DNA of 64,000 nucleotides from Candidatus Falkowbacteria bacterium (GTDB lineage: Bacteria; Patescibacteriota; Patescibacteriia; UBA11705; JABHMO01): positions 128,532 to 192,531 of the forward strand of contig JABHAL010000015.1 in assembly GCA_018674305.1 (NCBI GenBank), read 5' to 3'. Positions within the stretch are counted from its first letter, which is position 1. Each line of letters starts with the position of its first letter. The position numbers were made by a program, and so were the translations under genes. The notes under the pieces were generated by a model. That model searched no databases, had not been told where the DNA came from, and was given only the letters and a program-made list of their open reading frames with translations. This document shows positions 47,605 through 57,950 of this stretch, piece by piece.

Positions 47605-47958
47605 TCAAATACCAAAATGTTTTTTTAAGTATAATCTTATTTCATGCATAATATTATTCCCGGCATGACCGATGACGCCGCAGAAACGACTATAATCACA
47701 GGAAGCAATGTTGTAAACCTTAATTAGAGAATTGCTTTTTAAATTATTTTCATTATCAGCATGAATAATTATATCATCATCAACTTTATTCGTTAAATTA
47801 CCTGTCAAAGGTATTACTGTTACTAAATTTGATCTGCTGATCTGCTTATTTGTTTGAATAACCACAGCCGGTCTTTTATCCTGGAATTCATGGCCGATAC
47901 TGGGATCAAACTGCGTCCAAACAATATCACCAAATTCTATTTGTCCTTTTTTGAGCAT
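47605..47958 (-). CDS. PemK/MazF family toxin
   Basis: GDIVW..FDPSIGHE..KRPAVVI...VIPLT. Confidence 0.9.
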   Translation of the reverse strand: MLKKGQIEFGDIVWTQFDPSIGHEFQDKRPAVVIQTNKQISRSNLVTVIPLTGNLTNKVDDDIIIHADNENNLKSNSLIKVYNIASCDYSRFCGVIGHAGNNIMHEIRLYLKKHFGI

Positions 47959-48800
47959 AAATTTTCATAATAATTATATTCTTCTTTTGATATAGGGCCA
48001 AGATGCTTCAGGGAATCTACGCCAGAAGCATTTTGCCATGCTTGCCAATGATCAACCTGTGCGTATGGCGTTTCTCGGTCAACAGTTAATTCATAAGGAA
48101 TGACTTCATTTTTTCCCATAACCTTCCAGGGAATATCTTCATGAACATATTGCTCAATCTGGGCCGCTGACATATCTGACAATTTAGCAATAACATCATC
48201 AATTACATTTTTTTCTTTGATTGAAAAATTATCCAGATTAAAATCACCCAACGCGACATATCTTTTTTGCTTCATATCATGATATTCTTGAATGAAAATT
48301 TTAATCCGGTTTTCAGTTTCCATTTTCTTAATCACGGTTCGGAATTGAATTGACTGAGGTACCGGACCAAACTGCAATTTAACATAACTCAGGCCAATAA
48401 TCGGTTTGCCCCATTTTTCATAACTATTAAAATCAATAAAGTACAACAATTTATACAAAACAGTTTCTCCGACATTTGGCTTACCGCCACATTTATTTAA
48501 AACATAAAGTAAAACCTGCTGTAATTTCTCAGGATTGAATTCTATATCTTTATTTACTTCTACATCAGAAGGACTAGTTTCATTCTTGTTTATTTCCGAA
48601 ACAAGTAGCTCGTCAATTTTCACGCCAAAAAAAGTGGCGATTTTAGATAATTCAAATACTTCTACTCCCCTGTTTCCGGTTTCAATTGCCGACATGGCTG
48701 GACGAGAGATTCCAACATATTTAGCCAGTTTTGCCTGACTAACCTGTCTTTCTTCGCGCAGACTTTTAATTGTTTGACCCAATTGTTGTTTATTTATCAT
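47937..48800 (-). CDS. HTH (Cro/C1) + Panacea/SocA (DUF4065) antitoxin
   Basis: LRE...SQ..LA...S.IE.G.R HTH; KLLYFIDF...Y.KLQFGPVP...H.D.PW. Confidence 0.85.
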   Translation of the reverse strand: MINKQQLGQTIKSLREERQVSQAKLAKYVGISRPAMSAIETGNRGVEVFELSKIATFFGVKIDELLVSEINKNETSPSDVEVNKDIEFNPEKLQQVLLYVLNKCGGKPNVGETVLYKLLYFIDFNSYEKWGKPIIGLSYVKLQFGPVPQSIQFRTVIKKMETENRIKIFIQEYHDMKQKRYVALGDFNLDNFSIKEKNVIDDVIAKLSDMSAAQIEQYVHEDIPWKVMGKNEVIPYELTVDRETPYAQVDHWQAWQNASGVDSLKHLGPISKEEYNYYENLCSKKDK

Positions 48801-48916
48801 ATATCTGAATTATAACACTGCTCAATATACTGTCAAGTGTATATCTTCAATGACAAGATACCTGACAACGGTTAGATGTTTATATTAATTTAAAAACAAA
48901 AAATGCGTCAAAATGG

Positions 48917-49002
48917 CACATTTTTTATTCAAATTTCCTGATTCAGTTGTAATTTTGCGGAGACGTCAGTGGCCCTTTTTTAGGAGTGAGCTGGGGATAA
49001 GT
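48917..49002. repeat. 86-bp direct repeat, copy 2
   Basis: Matches 47500-47585. Confidence 0.92.
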
Positions 49003-49029
49003 CGGCATTTAAAGACAAAACTGATAATT

Positions 49030-49326
49030 TTATATATATTTTATTACATCAGTTTTTTTATATCTATTCATACCAAAGTTATTGGAACTAGGAATCTTTG
49101 ATATTTCTTTATCAGTAAGATTAAACATCTTTTTGATTTGATACTTTGACATGGTTTGATTTTTATATTCTCTTCTATCTTCTTTTATATCTTCTAACCC
49201 TTTCCCAGAATCACAAACCCAGGCAGAAGCAAATGTTTTTTGACAAGAAGGACAATGGCTTACGCAAGCATAAAAGGCGTTAATTTCTTCATGGCAATGA
49301 GGACATTTTATAAAGTTTACAACCAT
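49030..49326 (-). CDS. Small zinc-ribbon hypothetical protein
   Basis: CPHC and CPSC. Confidence 0.55.
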   Translation of the reverse strand: MVVNFIKCPHCHEEINAFYACVSHCPSCQKTFASAWVCDSGKGLEDIKEDRREYKNQTMSKYQIKKMFNLTDKEISKIPSSNNFGMNRYKKTDVIKYI

Positions 49327-49353
49327 ACTTTAGTTCACTTCTACTTATTAGAA

Positions 49354-50838
49354 TTACAATTTCTTCAAAAATCTATAAATTTCCACCATTGCGAATGTAT
49401 CCAACTTACAATATTTGAGCAAGTCACTGGCGATCTGTTTTTTTTCTTCAGGTGAGCTATCGCCAAACACCATTCTTTCCCAGCGTTCGACTGCTTGGTC
49501 TCCTTTTTGGATTCCTAAGGTCCTGTAGGTAAGTTCAGGGACAATAACTGGAAGAACGTTTTTTATACTCGAACTTCCTTTGAACCGAGCATCAACATAA
49601 TAATTATTAGAAAAGATTGTCATGAGGTCAAACATTCGGTCGTTCAGGCCAACAAGAAATTCAGCATAGTCAGGATGGATTTCTGCAAGTTTATCGTTTC
49701 GTTGTGATTCATATGATTTGTACCAAGCGATGACACTACCCGTATCATCAAAATCTTCTCTCATTCTTTTGATAAGTGGCAAAGTAAGATCACTTTCTGG
49801 GTCGGTGATAAGATATTCCTTGTGGTCCAGTGTTCCATCTTCATGCAATATATGTAGTGAGTATTGAAATGGTACTTGTTCATATGCGCCAAAATCATTA
49901 AACCTTGGGATTGCGCTTGAGTAGCCTTCATAATCGAAGAAATGGATTGGGAAGGTCAAACTAGCAAGCTCATTTCTTACGGCAGTGGTGTCAACAATTG
50001 GATTTCCAAGCATATACGCGTCGTATTGGAACTTTTTCGTACCTTTAAGTTTTTCTGGGTTATCTATTTCTTCCAGCTTATATATTCCTCGATCTATCCA
50101 GTCATAAAACAGTTTTTTACTACCACCGATTCTATTGATATCATGGACAGAATATTCTGGGACTTTTGGGTTGGAATAAGCAAATGTAGTACATTGTGAA
50201 TTTCTGCCACGGTACAAACATTCACAGCCTTTTTCTTCTTTCATATTCAAATAGATCTTGATATCGTTCATTTGTTCCTGAACACCCGCCTCGGCCTCTA
50301 GAACCTCGTCTGTTAGCTCGGCAATGATAAACAGCTCGTCATAGTCAACTTTTCCCTGTTTCCGGTATTCACCGTTCAGATGAATTACGCCTGCTTTCAC
50401 AATATTCAGACCGTCATTCTCAATAACAATTTTCTGGAATGCGAGGTCGTTGATATGATGGTGCGGAATCTCCCTTTTCACGTCGTTGGTTGCTTTTACT
50501 TCATAGAGCTCCCAGCCTTTCAAAACATTATTATAACGAAGGATATCTGCCTGGACGAAAAAGTCATTATACTGGAATGCACCCTGGAACAGGACTGGTG
50601 GGTTTTTCTCGAGTATTTTTTTTGTAACTGGTACGGCATTGACACCAATAATATCAATCAGTTCTCCACCAGGAAAAAGATTTCTGGCTGCTTCGTCTGC
50701 TATATTCCCCTCTTCGATAATTTTCTTTTCAAATTCTGATAATTCGACATCGTCAAAAAGCTCTGGCTTGTGTTTGTTTAGCCAGAGATTCTTTTTGCAG
50801 TATGTGTATTCGAGGTAGTCGGTTTTTGTGATGTGCAT
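49354..50838 (-). CDS. DUF2779-domain protein (PD-(D/E)xK nuclease-like N-terminus, RNase H-like C-terminus)
   Basis: ADIL...YEVKAT..DLAFQ; FFDYE...PFQYS.H; GSSSIK.VLP; LKYCKLDT.AM. Confidence 0.8.
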   Translation of the reverse strand: MHITKTDYLEYTYCKKNLWLNKHKPELFDDVELSEFEKKIIEEGNIADEAARNLFPGGELIDIIGVNAVPVTKKILEKNPPVLFQGAFQYNDFFVQADILRYNNVLKGWELYEVKATNDVKREIPHHHINDLAFQKIVIENDGLNIVKAGVIHLNGEYRKQGKVDYDELFIIAELTDEVLEAEAGVQEQMNDIKIYLNMKEEKGCECLYRGRNSQCTTFAYSNPKVPEYSVHDINRIGGSKKLFYDWIDRGIYKLEEIDNPEKLKGTKKFQYDAYMLGNPIVDTTAVRNELASLTFPIHFFDYEGYSSAIPRFNDFGAYEQVPFQYSLHILHEDGTLDHKEYLITDPESDLTLPLIKRMREDFDDTGSVIAWYKSYESQRNDKLAEIHPDYAEFLVGLNDRMFDLMTIFSNNYYVDARFKGSSSIKNVLPVIVPELTYRTLGIQKGDQAVERWERMVFGDSSPEEKKQIASDLLKYCKLDTFAMVEIYRFLKKL

Positions 50839-50934
50839 TTTTTTGTGCTTGAGTTTTTAGATATCGATAATAGTGCAAATATTTTTTGGGAGTGGTAAAG
50901 AGACTTGTCTTCCGAGGTTAGATGAATGTCCAAC

Positions 50935-52251
50935 TTATTTTTCTAAATTTTTTAAACCAATTTTTGGATTCTGATAATCTAGCCCATCTGGCGTCAATTT
51001 AATTGATTCCATAAAATATTTTTTTGAATTTTCTTTGTCGTTAAGTTCAGCAAAAATAACGCCCATATTGTTTAATATCGTACATACAGTTTTGTCTCGT
51101 TTTAAATATTTTTCTCCAGCTGAAAAATATTCTGGATTTATTGTTCTAGTAGTTTCCGTATCTTGAACAGTATTTTCAAGTTTTCTTGCGACTTTACAAG
51201 CTTCTTTAATAAAATGATCATAAACTTGATTATATATTCCCATAGCCTCAACTAATTTACCCTCTTTTTTGTATTTTTGTGCTTGATTAACTTTGTTTTG
51301 TAAATCATCATCAGAATTAACAAGAACACCCTCCTCAATAACAAAACCGACAGGAGCCTTTCTTGATAATCTTTTATTGTAAGGTGAAATATATAATTTT
51401 CCAAGATCTTTATTATGTTCAGTAAAAATATTATAAATGTCTATTAACCCATCCATTTTCATTACACTTGATTCAATCGATCCAGCTCTTTTAAATTTAA
51501 TTTTACTTCCATCAACGGTTTTTAGACTTTCTAAATACACGTCGCTTGCCAAAATTCCGTTCACAGGGATTGGATTGGTTTCACAGCGACCAAATTCGCC
51601 ATATGCGACAGGAATTTCATCTTCGTCATAGCCTAACCCTGTTAAGCCAAAACCAGTCTCTATAAATTTAATAGCTTTTTCATCTGTTGATCCAAGCATT
51701 AGAAAAGCAGTTACAAGCTTCAATTCATTATCGTCTAAAATATCACCAAAATTCAATTTCATTGACTCATACAATCGATTTTTGTTTATTGAAAGCATAC
51801 CCTTCCCCTTCAAGAGCATCTTTTGTGCTGTTTCAAAGTTTATTTTACCATTTAAAAGTTCAATAATTTCATTTGTTTGATCTTGAATTTGTTTTTTACC
51901 ACCAGGAAAGTGGGTCTTGGACATCTTTTCAAAAACTTCTGTGATCTCTGATTTATTTGTTTTCTTCTTTATGATGTCCTGTTTCCGAATAATTCTTCTC
52001 GCAGATACATATATTCTAAGAGGCCAAATAAAAAAAATTCTGATAATCCCATTGAGTCGGGCTGCGCCACGTTCATTCACGTAAAGTGGAGATTCTATAT
52101 TTGCCTTAAGGTCAAATTCTCGAGAATTAAAAAGCAAAGATAATATGCGATAGCGCATATCCCAGAACACAAGCAACAACCCTCCGGCTAAATAGGTTAG
52201 GATTATAATTATAATTTTAATCATATTTTCATTTTTTATTCCTACCTTCAA
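50935..52251 (-). CDS. Hypothetical protein with C-terminal TPR
   Basis: GEFG...TNPIPV.G motif; C-terminal NNMGVI...Y..SI.L.P TPR. Confidence 0.7.
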   Translation of the reverse strand: MKVGIKNENMIKIIIIILTYLAGGLLLVFWDMRYRILSLLFNSREFDLKANIESPLYVNERGAARLNGIIRIFFIWPLRIYVSARRIIRKQDIIKKKTNKSEITEVFEKMSKTHFPGGKKQIQDQTNEIIELLNGKINFETAQKMLLKGKGMLSINKNRLYESMKLNFGDILDDNELKLVTAFLMLGSTDEKAIKFIETGFGLTGLGYDEDEIPVAYGEFGRCETNPIPVNGILASDVYLESLKTVDGSKIKFKRAGSIESSVMKMDGLIDIYNIFTEHNKDLGKLYISPYNKRLSRKAPVGFVIEEGVLVNSDDDLQNKVNQAQKYKKEGKLVEAMGIYNQVYDHFIKEACKVARKLENTVQDTETTRTINPEYFSAGEKYLKRDKTVCTILNNMGVIFAELNDKENSKKYFMESIKLTPDGLDYQNPKIGLKNLEK

Positions 52252-52341
52252 TCTACCACATTTAAGCTAAAATTACTATGACAATATCAAAAAAACAGGC
52301 TCATTTGAGCATAGGTCTGCCTTAATATATCCATTACAACA

Positions 52342-52854
52342 TTATAACTCAAAAATAATCTTTGCCTCAGCCATAAGTTTTTTGGTTAATGAAAGATTCC
52401 ATGCTCTCATTGTTTTGTGCCATTTCCGAAATTCCAAAAACTTCTCCCATGTTAATTCAATGATTAAAACAGGCTCAAGCGCTTTACTTATTGAAACAAT
52501 AATAACATATTCAAACTTTTTGTCTGGCAAAATAGTATCTTCTACATTTCCCACATTATAAAAAACACCTGTTAGTCGGCCTGGTTGGGTGATTGTTTTA
52601 ATACTATATCTTTCTCCCTTTCGACTTAACGCATCAACGTTTTGTGTTCCCTCGGGGGCAGCTTGTAAATTTGAATAACCTGGAATATTATTATATGCCT
52701 CGATAGCTAAAAATTCACCCCTTTCTCCAGTAATATTTTCTGTTCTTACTAGTCCTCTCTCTTTTAATTGAACCTTCGCAAACGCAAACAGCTCCCAGAC
52801 ATTATGATTATCGAGGGTTTCTAGTTTTTTTATTAAATTTTTGGATAATGGCAT
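52342..52854 (-). CDS. Putative restriction-endonuclease-fold protein
   Basis: GERGE...VDA...YSIK pattern; lies directly downstream of a C5-MTase remnant. Confidence 0.55.
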   Translation of the reverse strand: MPLSKNLIKKLETLDNHNVWELFAFAKVQLKERGLVRTENITGERGEFLAIEAYNNIPGYSNLQAAPEGTQNVDALSRKGERYSIKTITQPGRLTGVFYNVGNVEDTILPDKKFEYVIIVSISKALEPVLIIELTWEKFLEFRKWHKTMRAWNLSLTKKLMAEAKIIFEL

Positions 52855-52865
52855 ATTTTATTTTT

Positions 52866-53051
52866 TCACAAATGCTTTACTACCTCTACGGCAATTGCCC
52901 GTATCAAATTAACTGGAACGCTGTTCCCAAATTGCTTATACGCTTGTGTGTCAGAAACAGGTATAACAAATGTTTCCGGATAACCTTGTAGCCTTGCAGC
53001 TTCTCTTGGTGTTAACTTTCTAGGATTTTTTCCTATTTGCGCAACCAGAAT
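52866..53051 (-). pseudogene. C-terminal remnant of a DNA cytosine-5 methyltransferase
   Basis: [28 protein letters not shown]...[13 protein letters not shown] (motifs IX/X), preceded by an in-frame TAG; motifs I-VIII are missing. Confidence 0.88.
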
Positions 53052-53238
53052 CTACCGGTCTTTTTTTTAATAAAACTTTTTGCTATGTGCGATACGGCTT
53101 CATTAGTATGGGACCAATCTGGTTCTTGAATTTTGTTTTTACTTTTTTGATTAAACATACTTAATATTACTATAATAACTTCCAACATCCTTCATCAAAA
53201 CCATTTTTATGAAACATTTTTTTAATATAGCTTCTGTC

Positions 53239-54009
53239 CTAACTTTCTTTTATCCTATATTTACCTGAGTTTACTAACTTCACACTATTATAATCATCCT
53301 CATTTTCGAATTTAAATTGCCAAATAGAATAACTATTTTCTTTAATATCTCGCTCAAAAAACAAAATAATAACTTTCTTTTCTGTACAAACTTGCCATTG
53401 CCTAAATGGATAATAAAGTTGTCTTATGATCGTATTGCTAACGCCAGGCCTTTTTGCCTCAACCAAAACAATTTGGTTTTCTCCCTCATAACCAGCATCT
53501 ACTTCTGTCTGGACACTCGCTGTTTTAATCTCTTGACTCCCAACTTTAAAATGAAATTCCGGCGTGTATTTTCGACCACGAATTGTCAGAACAAGTGTCG
53601 GATCGTCCATAAAAGTTCTGATTAAACTTGAGGCATAGGCAAAATCTAGATGTTGCATCTCAGAGTCTCCTACATCTGAGGAATCCAAGTGAAATTGTAA
53701 TTTAGACGAGTATATTTCAATTTCTTTATTTATTTCTGGCATATCCAGATAACCCTCCCCTTTTATAATATTATATATTCCATTTTTAACGGGAAGAAGA
53801 AATAGATTGTTTTTTTGAAAAATTTTCGGACGGGACTCTCTTGTGTCCTGCTTACAAAGGATTCGAACCTCCTTTTCTGCAGTTTTTTTAAATCTTTGAC
53901 ATGAAACTTTAATTTGCGGTGCGGTTAATACAAATGGTTCTTTATCAAAGTCGTGCTCATTAATGTTATAATCACGAAATATTTTTGCCCATGATTTGCT
54001 GTTTGCCAT
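53239..54009 (-). CDS. Putative type II restriction endonuclease
   Basis: QTEVDAGYE...LVEAK (PD-(D/E)xK) and IRQLYYP; coupled to the MTase gene. Confidence 0.72.
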   Translation of the reverse strand: MANSKSWAKIFRDYNINEHDFDKEPFVLTAPQIKVSCQRFKKTAEKEVRILCKQDTRESRPKIFQKNNLFLLPVKNGIYNIIKGEGYLDMPEINKEIEIYSSKLQFHLDSSDVGDSEMQHLDFAYASSLIRTFMDDPTLVLTIRGRKYTPEFHFKVGSQEIKTASVQTEVDAGYEGENQIVLVEAKRPGVSNTIIRQLYYPFRQWQVCTEKKVIILFFERDIKENSYSIWQFKFENEDDYNSVKLVNSGKYRIKES

Positions 54010-54011
54010 AA

Positions 54012-54818
54012 TTATAATAGTTTACGATTTTTAGATTTCAATATTTCATTGAATCTTTGCTTTGACAAATCCAAATATTCTTTTTCCATATCAAGCCCAA
54101 CAAAGTGACGTCCATGCTCATACGCGGCAATCCCAGTTGTTGAACTGCCCGTAAAAGGGTCAAGAATTAAATCTCCTTTATTTGTACTTGCAATAACAAT
54201 TCTTTTTAGCAAATCCAAAGATTTTTGTGTAGGATGTTTGCCAAAGTTTTTCTCTGATTTTTTTGGAGTATTAATTGACCAAACAGATCTCATTTGCAGA
54301 CCAGGCTTCTTCATCTGATCTTCCGGCCAATCACCATTTTTCATTTCCTGATAATTAAAGGTGTGCTTCGCCTTTTTCTCTTTTCTCGCCCAAACCAATG
54401 TTTCGTGACTAGCAGTGAAAAATCTACAACTTAAATTTGGTGATGCGTTTGGCTTAAACCATGAAATATCATTTAAAACATGATAGCCGGCCAACTGCAA
54501 TGCAAAGCCACACTGATAGACAGAATGATAGGTTCCGCTAACCCAAATAGTACCATTTGGTTTCAATACCCTTCGACATGCGTTTATCCAATCTAAATGA
54601 AAATTAAAGTTTTCTTGGTGTCCTTTACTTAAATCCCAGTCCCCCTTTTTCACACTCACCATTTTACCATTCTGACAGGTAAAACTACCGCTGGAAAGAA
54701 AATATGGCGGATCGGCAAAAATCATATCAAAAATATCTGGTGGGAACTCCTTCAGAATTTCCATTGAGTTTCCATGATATAACTTGAATTTAGGTTTTTG
54801 AAAGTATGGTTTTTTCAT
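54012..54818 (-). CDS. Beta-class N6/N4 DNA methyltransferase (DpnA/M.DpnIIB-like)
   Basis: FADPPYFLS, V.KG.WD, GKHPTQK, LDPF.GS.TTG. Confidence 0.92.
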   Translation of the reverse strand: MKKPYFQKPKFKLYHGNSMEILKEFPPDIFDMIFADPPYFLSSGSFTCQNGKMVSVKKGDWDLSKGHQENFNFHLDWINACRRVLKPNGTIWVSGTYHSVYQCGFALQLAGYHVLNDISWFKPNASPNLSCRFFTASHETLVWARKEKKAKHTFNYQEMKNGDWPEDQMKKPGLQMRSVWSINTPKKSEKNFGKHPTQKSLDLLKRIVIASTNKGDLILDPFTGSSTTGIAAYEHGRHFVGLDMEKEYLDLSKQRFNEILKSKNRKLL

Positions 54819-55013
54819 ATATATGACACTATTTTAACATGTCTGCTAAAATTTTTCAACAAAATCTCAACCGCACTCCCCTAATTTTACACAAAAGGAT
54901 AATCAATAAAAAAACGCCCTCTCAGGCAGTTGGGAAAAATAATTACATAAAGTGGAACCGATAGCATCTGAATGGAGCCGCCCGTCTCTCAGTAATGTCA
55001 AAATATTAATAGG

Positions 55014-55622
55014 TCAGACAATATATCCATCTTTTTTTAGCTTTTGTTGCATTAACTTTTTTTCTTCTACTGTAGGATGCAAAAAAGTCCCTCCTCCAAT
55101 AAATTTATACCAAAACCATTCATTATTAAACTTGTTTTTAATTTCTAAATAATCTTTGTATTGAATTTTTATAGCTATTAATACTGGGGCTTCCTTACTT
55201 AATTTATGAGACGAAAAAATATTGCCTGATGATGTGCTTTTTTTATCTTGATATAATTTATTTGGCGATTCAAACCTATTTAATTCTACTTTGTCATTAG
55301 GATACATATAAAGGGTTGTGATACTTACATCACTAGCAGGGTGTTTTCCTTGATTATGAAAAACAATATTATATGGGTATTTAAATTTTAGTCCATCCTC
55401 AAATCCCCCTTCTTCAATTCTTACTTCTGTCTTGTCAATACTAATAAGTGGCCTTTCAAAATGTCGTGTGAATCGAGTTGTTTTAAAATGGATGAAAACT
55501 GCTAAAACAAGACTTAAAAAACCAATAATCGAAGGTGCCAAATCTTTTATTATCTCAATATAAGTACTCTCGGTTAGAGTACAAAAAACCGACGGAGCCG
55601 ATTGTATAAAAGTTTCTGTCAT
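55014..55622 (-). CDS. Hypothetical single-TM protein
   Basis: 202-aa ORF with one hydrophobic segment. Confidence 0.65.
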   Translation of the reverse strand: MTETFIQSAPSVFCTLTESTYIEIIKDLAPSIIGFLSLVLAVFIHFKTTRFTRHFERPLISIDKTEVRIEEGGFEDGLKFKYPYNIVFHNQGKHPASDVSITTLYMYPNDKVELNRFESPNKLYQDKKSTSSGNIFSSHKLSKEAPVLIAIKIQYKDYLEIKNKFNNEWFWYKFIGGGTFLHPTVEEKKLMQQKLKKDGYIV

Positions 55623-55710
55623 AAATAAATATTATACTTTTATTCTAGCAAGCTCACCATCTAAAGTCAATCAAAAAAACGCCCAAGTTTGGACGTTTTG
55701 TGTTTGTGTG

Positions 55711-57636
55711 TTAGTTACATGCAGTCATGTCAAAACCAAATATCTGTGTGTTTTTCAATTTAATCAGCACACTACAAGTTCCAACATCTACAAACAATTG
55801 ATTATTTGCCAAATAAAGATATGTCAACCAAAGCAAACCAGCTATAGGAGTAACATCACTTACTTGATTATTCTCAATACTAAGCGTTTTTAAAGTTGTT
55901 AAACTTTCTAACCCCACTAGACTTGAAACTTGGTTGTTGTTAAGCCAAAGTTGAAGTAAAGAAGTTAATCCCGCCAAAGGAGTAAGATCAGTGACTTGAT
56001 TATTACTAAAACGTAAATATTTCAGAGTAACTAATCCAGCTAAAGGTGTAAGGTCAGAAACCTGGTTATTGTTAATGTTTATGCCTTCCAGTGAGGGTAA
56101 CCCTGACAATGGAGTTAAATCAGAAACTTGGTTATTCATAAGAGTTAGGCCCCTCAACAAAATTAATTCAGCCAAAGGAGTAAGGTCCGAGACGAGATTG
56201 TCTTCTAACCAAAGATTATCTAATGAAATTAACCCTACTAAAGGAGTTAAATCAGAAATTTGATTCTCATAAAGAATGAGTTGCCATAGAGAAGTTAGCC
56301 CTTCCAAACCATTAAGATTGGATATCTGGTTTTCCTGAAGTTGAAGAGAGGTTAACAATGAAAGCTCTGCTAAAGGAGTTAAATCAAATATTTGATTCTC
56401 CTGGAGTTGCAAAAGTTCCAATGACGTTAACTCCATTAAAGGAGCAATATCAGAGATAAAATTATCCTTGGCCCTAAGCCAGTTTAACGAAGTCAATCCG
56501 GATAAGGGAGTAAGGTCCGAGATAAAATTTTCCTGAATATCTAGATGCGTCAAAGTAACCAAGCTACTTAAAGGACCAATATCAACAATCCCAATTTCAT
56601 CCATTTCCAATTCTTTTAGGGATAAAAAGTGTTCAATTCCTCCCAAATCAGTAATGGGATTGTGCGACAACTTCAGCACTTCAATATTTTTCACATCATT
56701 TTGAGTTAAATACGGAAACTGATTTTCATCAAGCTTATTGATTTTTTTCCGCACAACATATTCGAAGTCTGGATCTGCAAATTCGATAATACTACTTATG
56801 CAATTACCTTCTTCCTCCATATACCAATCATCACAGATCACGTTACAACCTGGATATGGCCCAATGATTCCATTTTCAATTTCCTGCACTTCGCAAACTG
56901 GAAGTTCCACCACCTCAAATCCCACCTCAAAACTATCCACATCATCCCCATCACTCACCAAGAAAGTAACTTCATACTCTCCCGCCTGATCAAATCCAGG
57001 CGTCCATGAAAAAGTTGCACATGGCGCAGGTGGAAAAACAAGACAAGGTTCATCAGGATTTGGATCAAAGATAAATCCTTCCGGCGCATTTTCAACTGAG
57101 AACACTAAATCATCATCGTCATCATCATACGCCCAAAGATGACCCTCAATCAATTCACCTTCATTGACGATTTCCTCATTAAACGCAATCCACAACTCCG
57201 GCGGATTATTCACATACTCGCATACACCTTCAAGGCAGTAATGCTTCGCGCTGTATTCACTACAATTCTTGTACCACCGCTTGTAAGTCTGATTCGCCGA
57301 GCAACCGCCCTCGATAACATACGTTGTTCCAAACCAGTCAAGACACCAGTCAGCTTTACCAACTGGACTTGTATCAGTCGTGACAATGCCGAACTCTTTG
57401 AACGACATACCACCATCAGAATCCTCACACCAGCCCTGGACTGCATTTTGTGCCTGAGCACTGCAATCCCACGAGCAATTCATGTAGTTTGCCCAATCAG
57501 CGTCAAGCAAGAGCTGATAGCAACTGTCTTTCCAACATTTGTAAAAGAATTTTTGTTGGTAATAGTTTAGAGCCATTGCATTTGTTGCAAAAGATACGAC
57601 AACGAGGCCTAAAATTACTGTGATTACCTTTTTCAT
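55711..57636 (-). CDS. Secreted internalin-like leucine-rich repeat protein with Cys-rich and Ig-like N-terminal domains
   Basis: Signal peptide; CEDSDGG; FSWTPGFDQAG.Y.V.F.VSDG; ~13 repeats of L..L.L..NQISDLTPL. Confidence 0.92.
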   Translation of the reverse strand: MKKVITVILGLVVVSFATNAMALNYYQQKFFYKCWKDSCYQLLLDADWANYMNCSWDCSAQAQNAVQGWCEDSDGGMSFKEFGIVTTDTSPVGKADWCLDWFGTTYVIEGGCSANQTYKRWYKNCSEYSAKHYCLEGVCEYVNNPPELWIAFNEEIVNEGELIEGHLWAYDDDDDDLVFSVENAPEGFIFDPNPDEPCLVFPPAPCATFSWTPGFDQAGEYEVTFLVSDGDDVDSFEVGFEVVELPVCEVQEIENGIIGPYPGCNVICDDWYMEEEGNCISSIIEFADPDFEYVVRKKINKLDENQFPYLTQNDVKNIEVLKLSHNPITDLGGIEHFLSLKELEMDEIGIVDIGPLSSLVTLTHLDIQENFISDLTPLSGLTSLNWLRAKDNFISDIAPLMELTSLELLQLQENQIFDLTPLAELSLLTSLQLQENQISNLNGLEGLTSLWQLILYENQISDLTPLVGLISLDNLWLEDNLVSDLTPLAELILLRGLTLMNNQVSDLTPLSGLPSLEGININNNQVSDLTPLAGLVTLKYLRFSNNQVTDLTPLAGLTSLLQLWLNNNQVSSLVGLESLTTLKTLSIENNQVSDVTPIAGLLWLTYLYLANNQLFVDVGTCSVLIKLKNTQIFGFDMTACN

Positions 57637-57916
57637 GACATTCCTCCAGTCAAATTGTCAACGTTCATTTCTAACTCAATCGTAACTTAAATTAACTGGT
57701 TAGTCTAGCATTAATTGTCAATTTTGTCAATTGTGAAATATGAATTATGCGATATGTATTATGGAAATTAATTGTGGAAATAAAAAAACGTCCCAATCGA
57801 GACGCCAACATACCTACGATAAGTGAACCTGCCGAAGGCAGGTTTTGTGTTTATTTAGTTTAGCCTATAAAAATCTGCACCTTCCTTATATAATTTTACA
57901 CAAACGTAGCCAGCAC

Positions 57917-57945
57917 TTGACAACAATACAATTATGTTCTATAAT
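57917..57945 (+). promoter_or_regulatory. Consensus sigma70 promoter
   Basis: TTGACA-N17-TATAAT. Confidence 0.85.
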
Positions 57946-57950
57946 AAAGG

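Noticed and set aside
48913-49101. 62-aa plus-strand ORF
   Set aside because: It is made largely of the 86-bp direct repeat and overlaps a minus-strand gene.
55800-56660. 66-bp periodic DNA repeats as a CRISPR or other non-coding repeat
   Set aside because: They are the codons of 22-aa leucine-rich repeats within an open frame.
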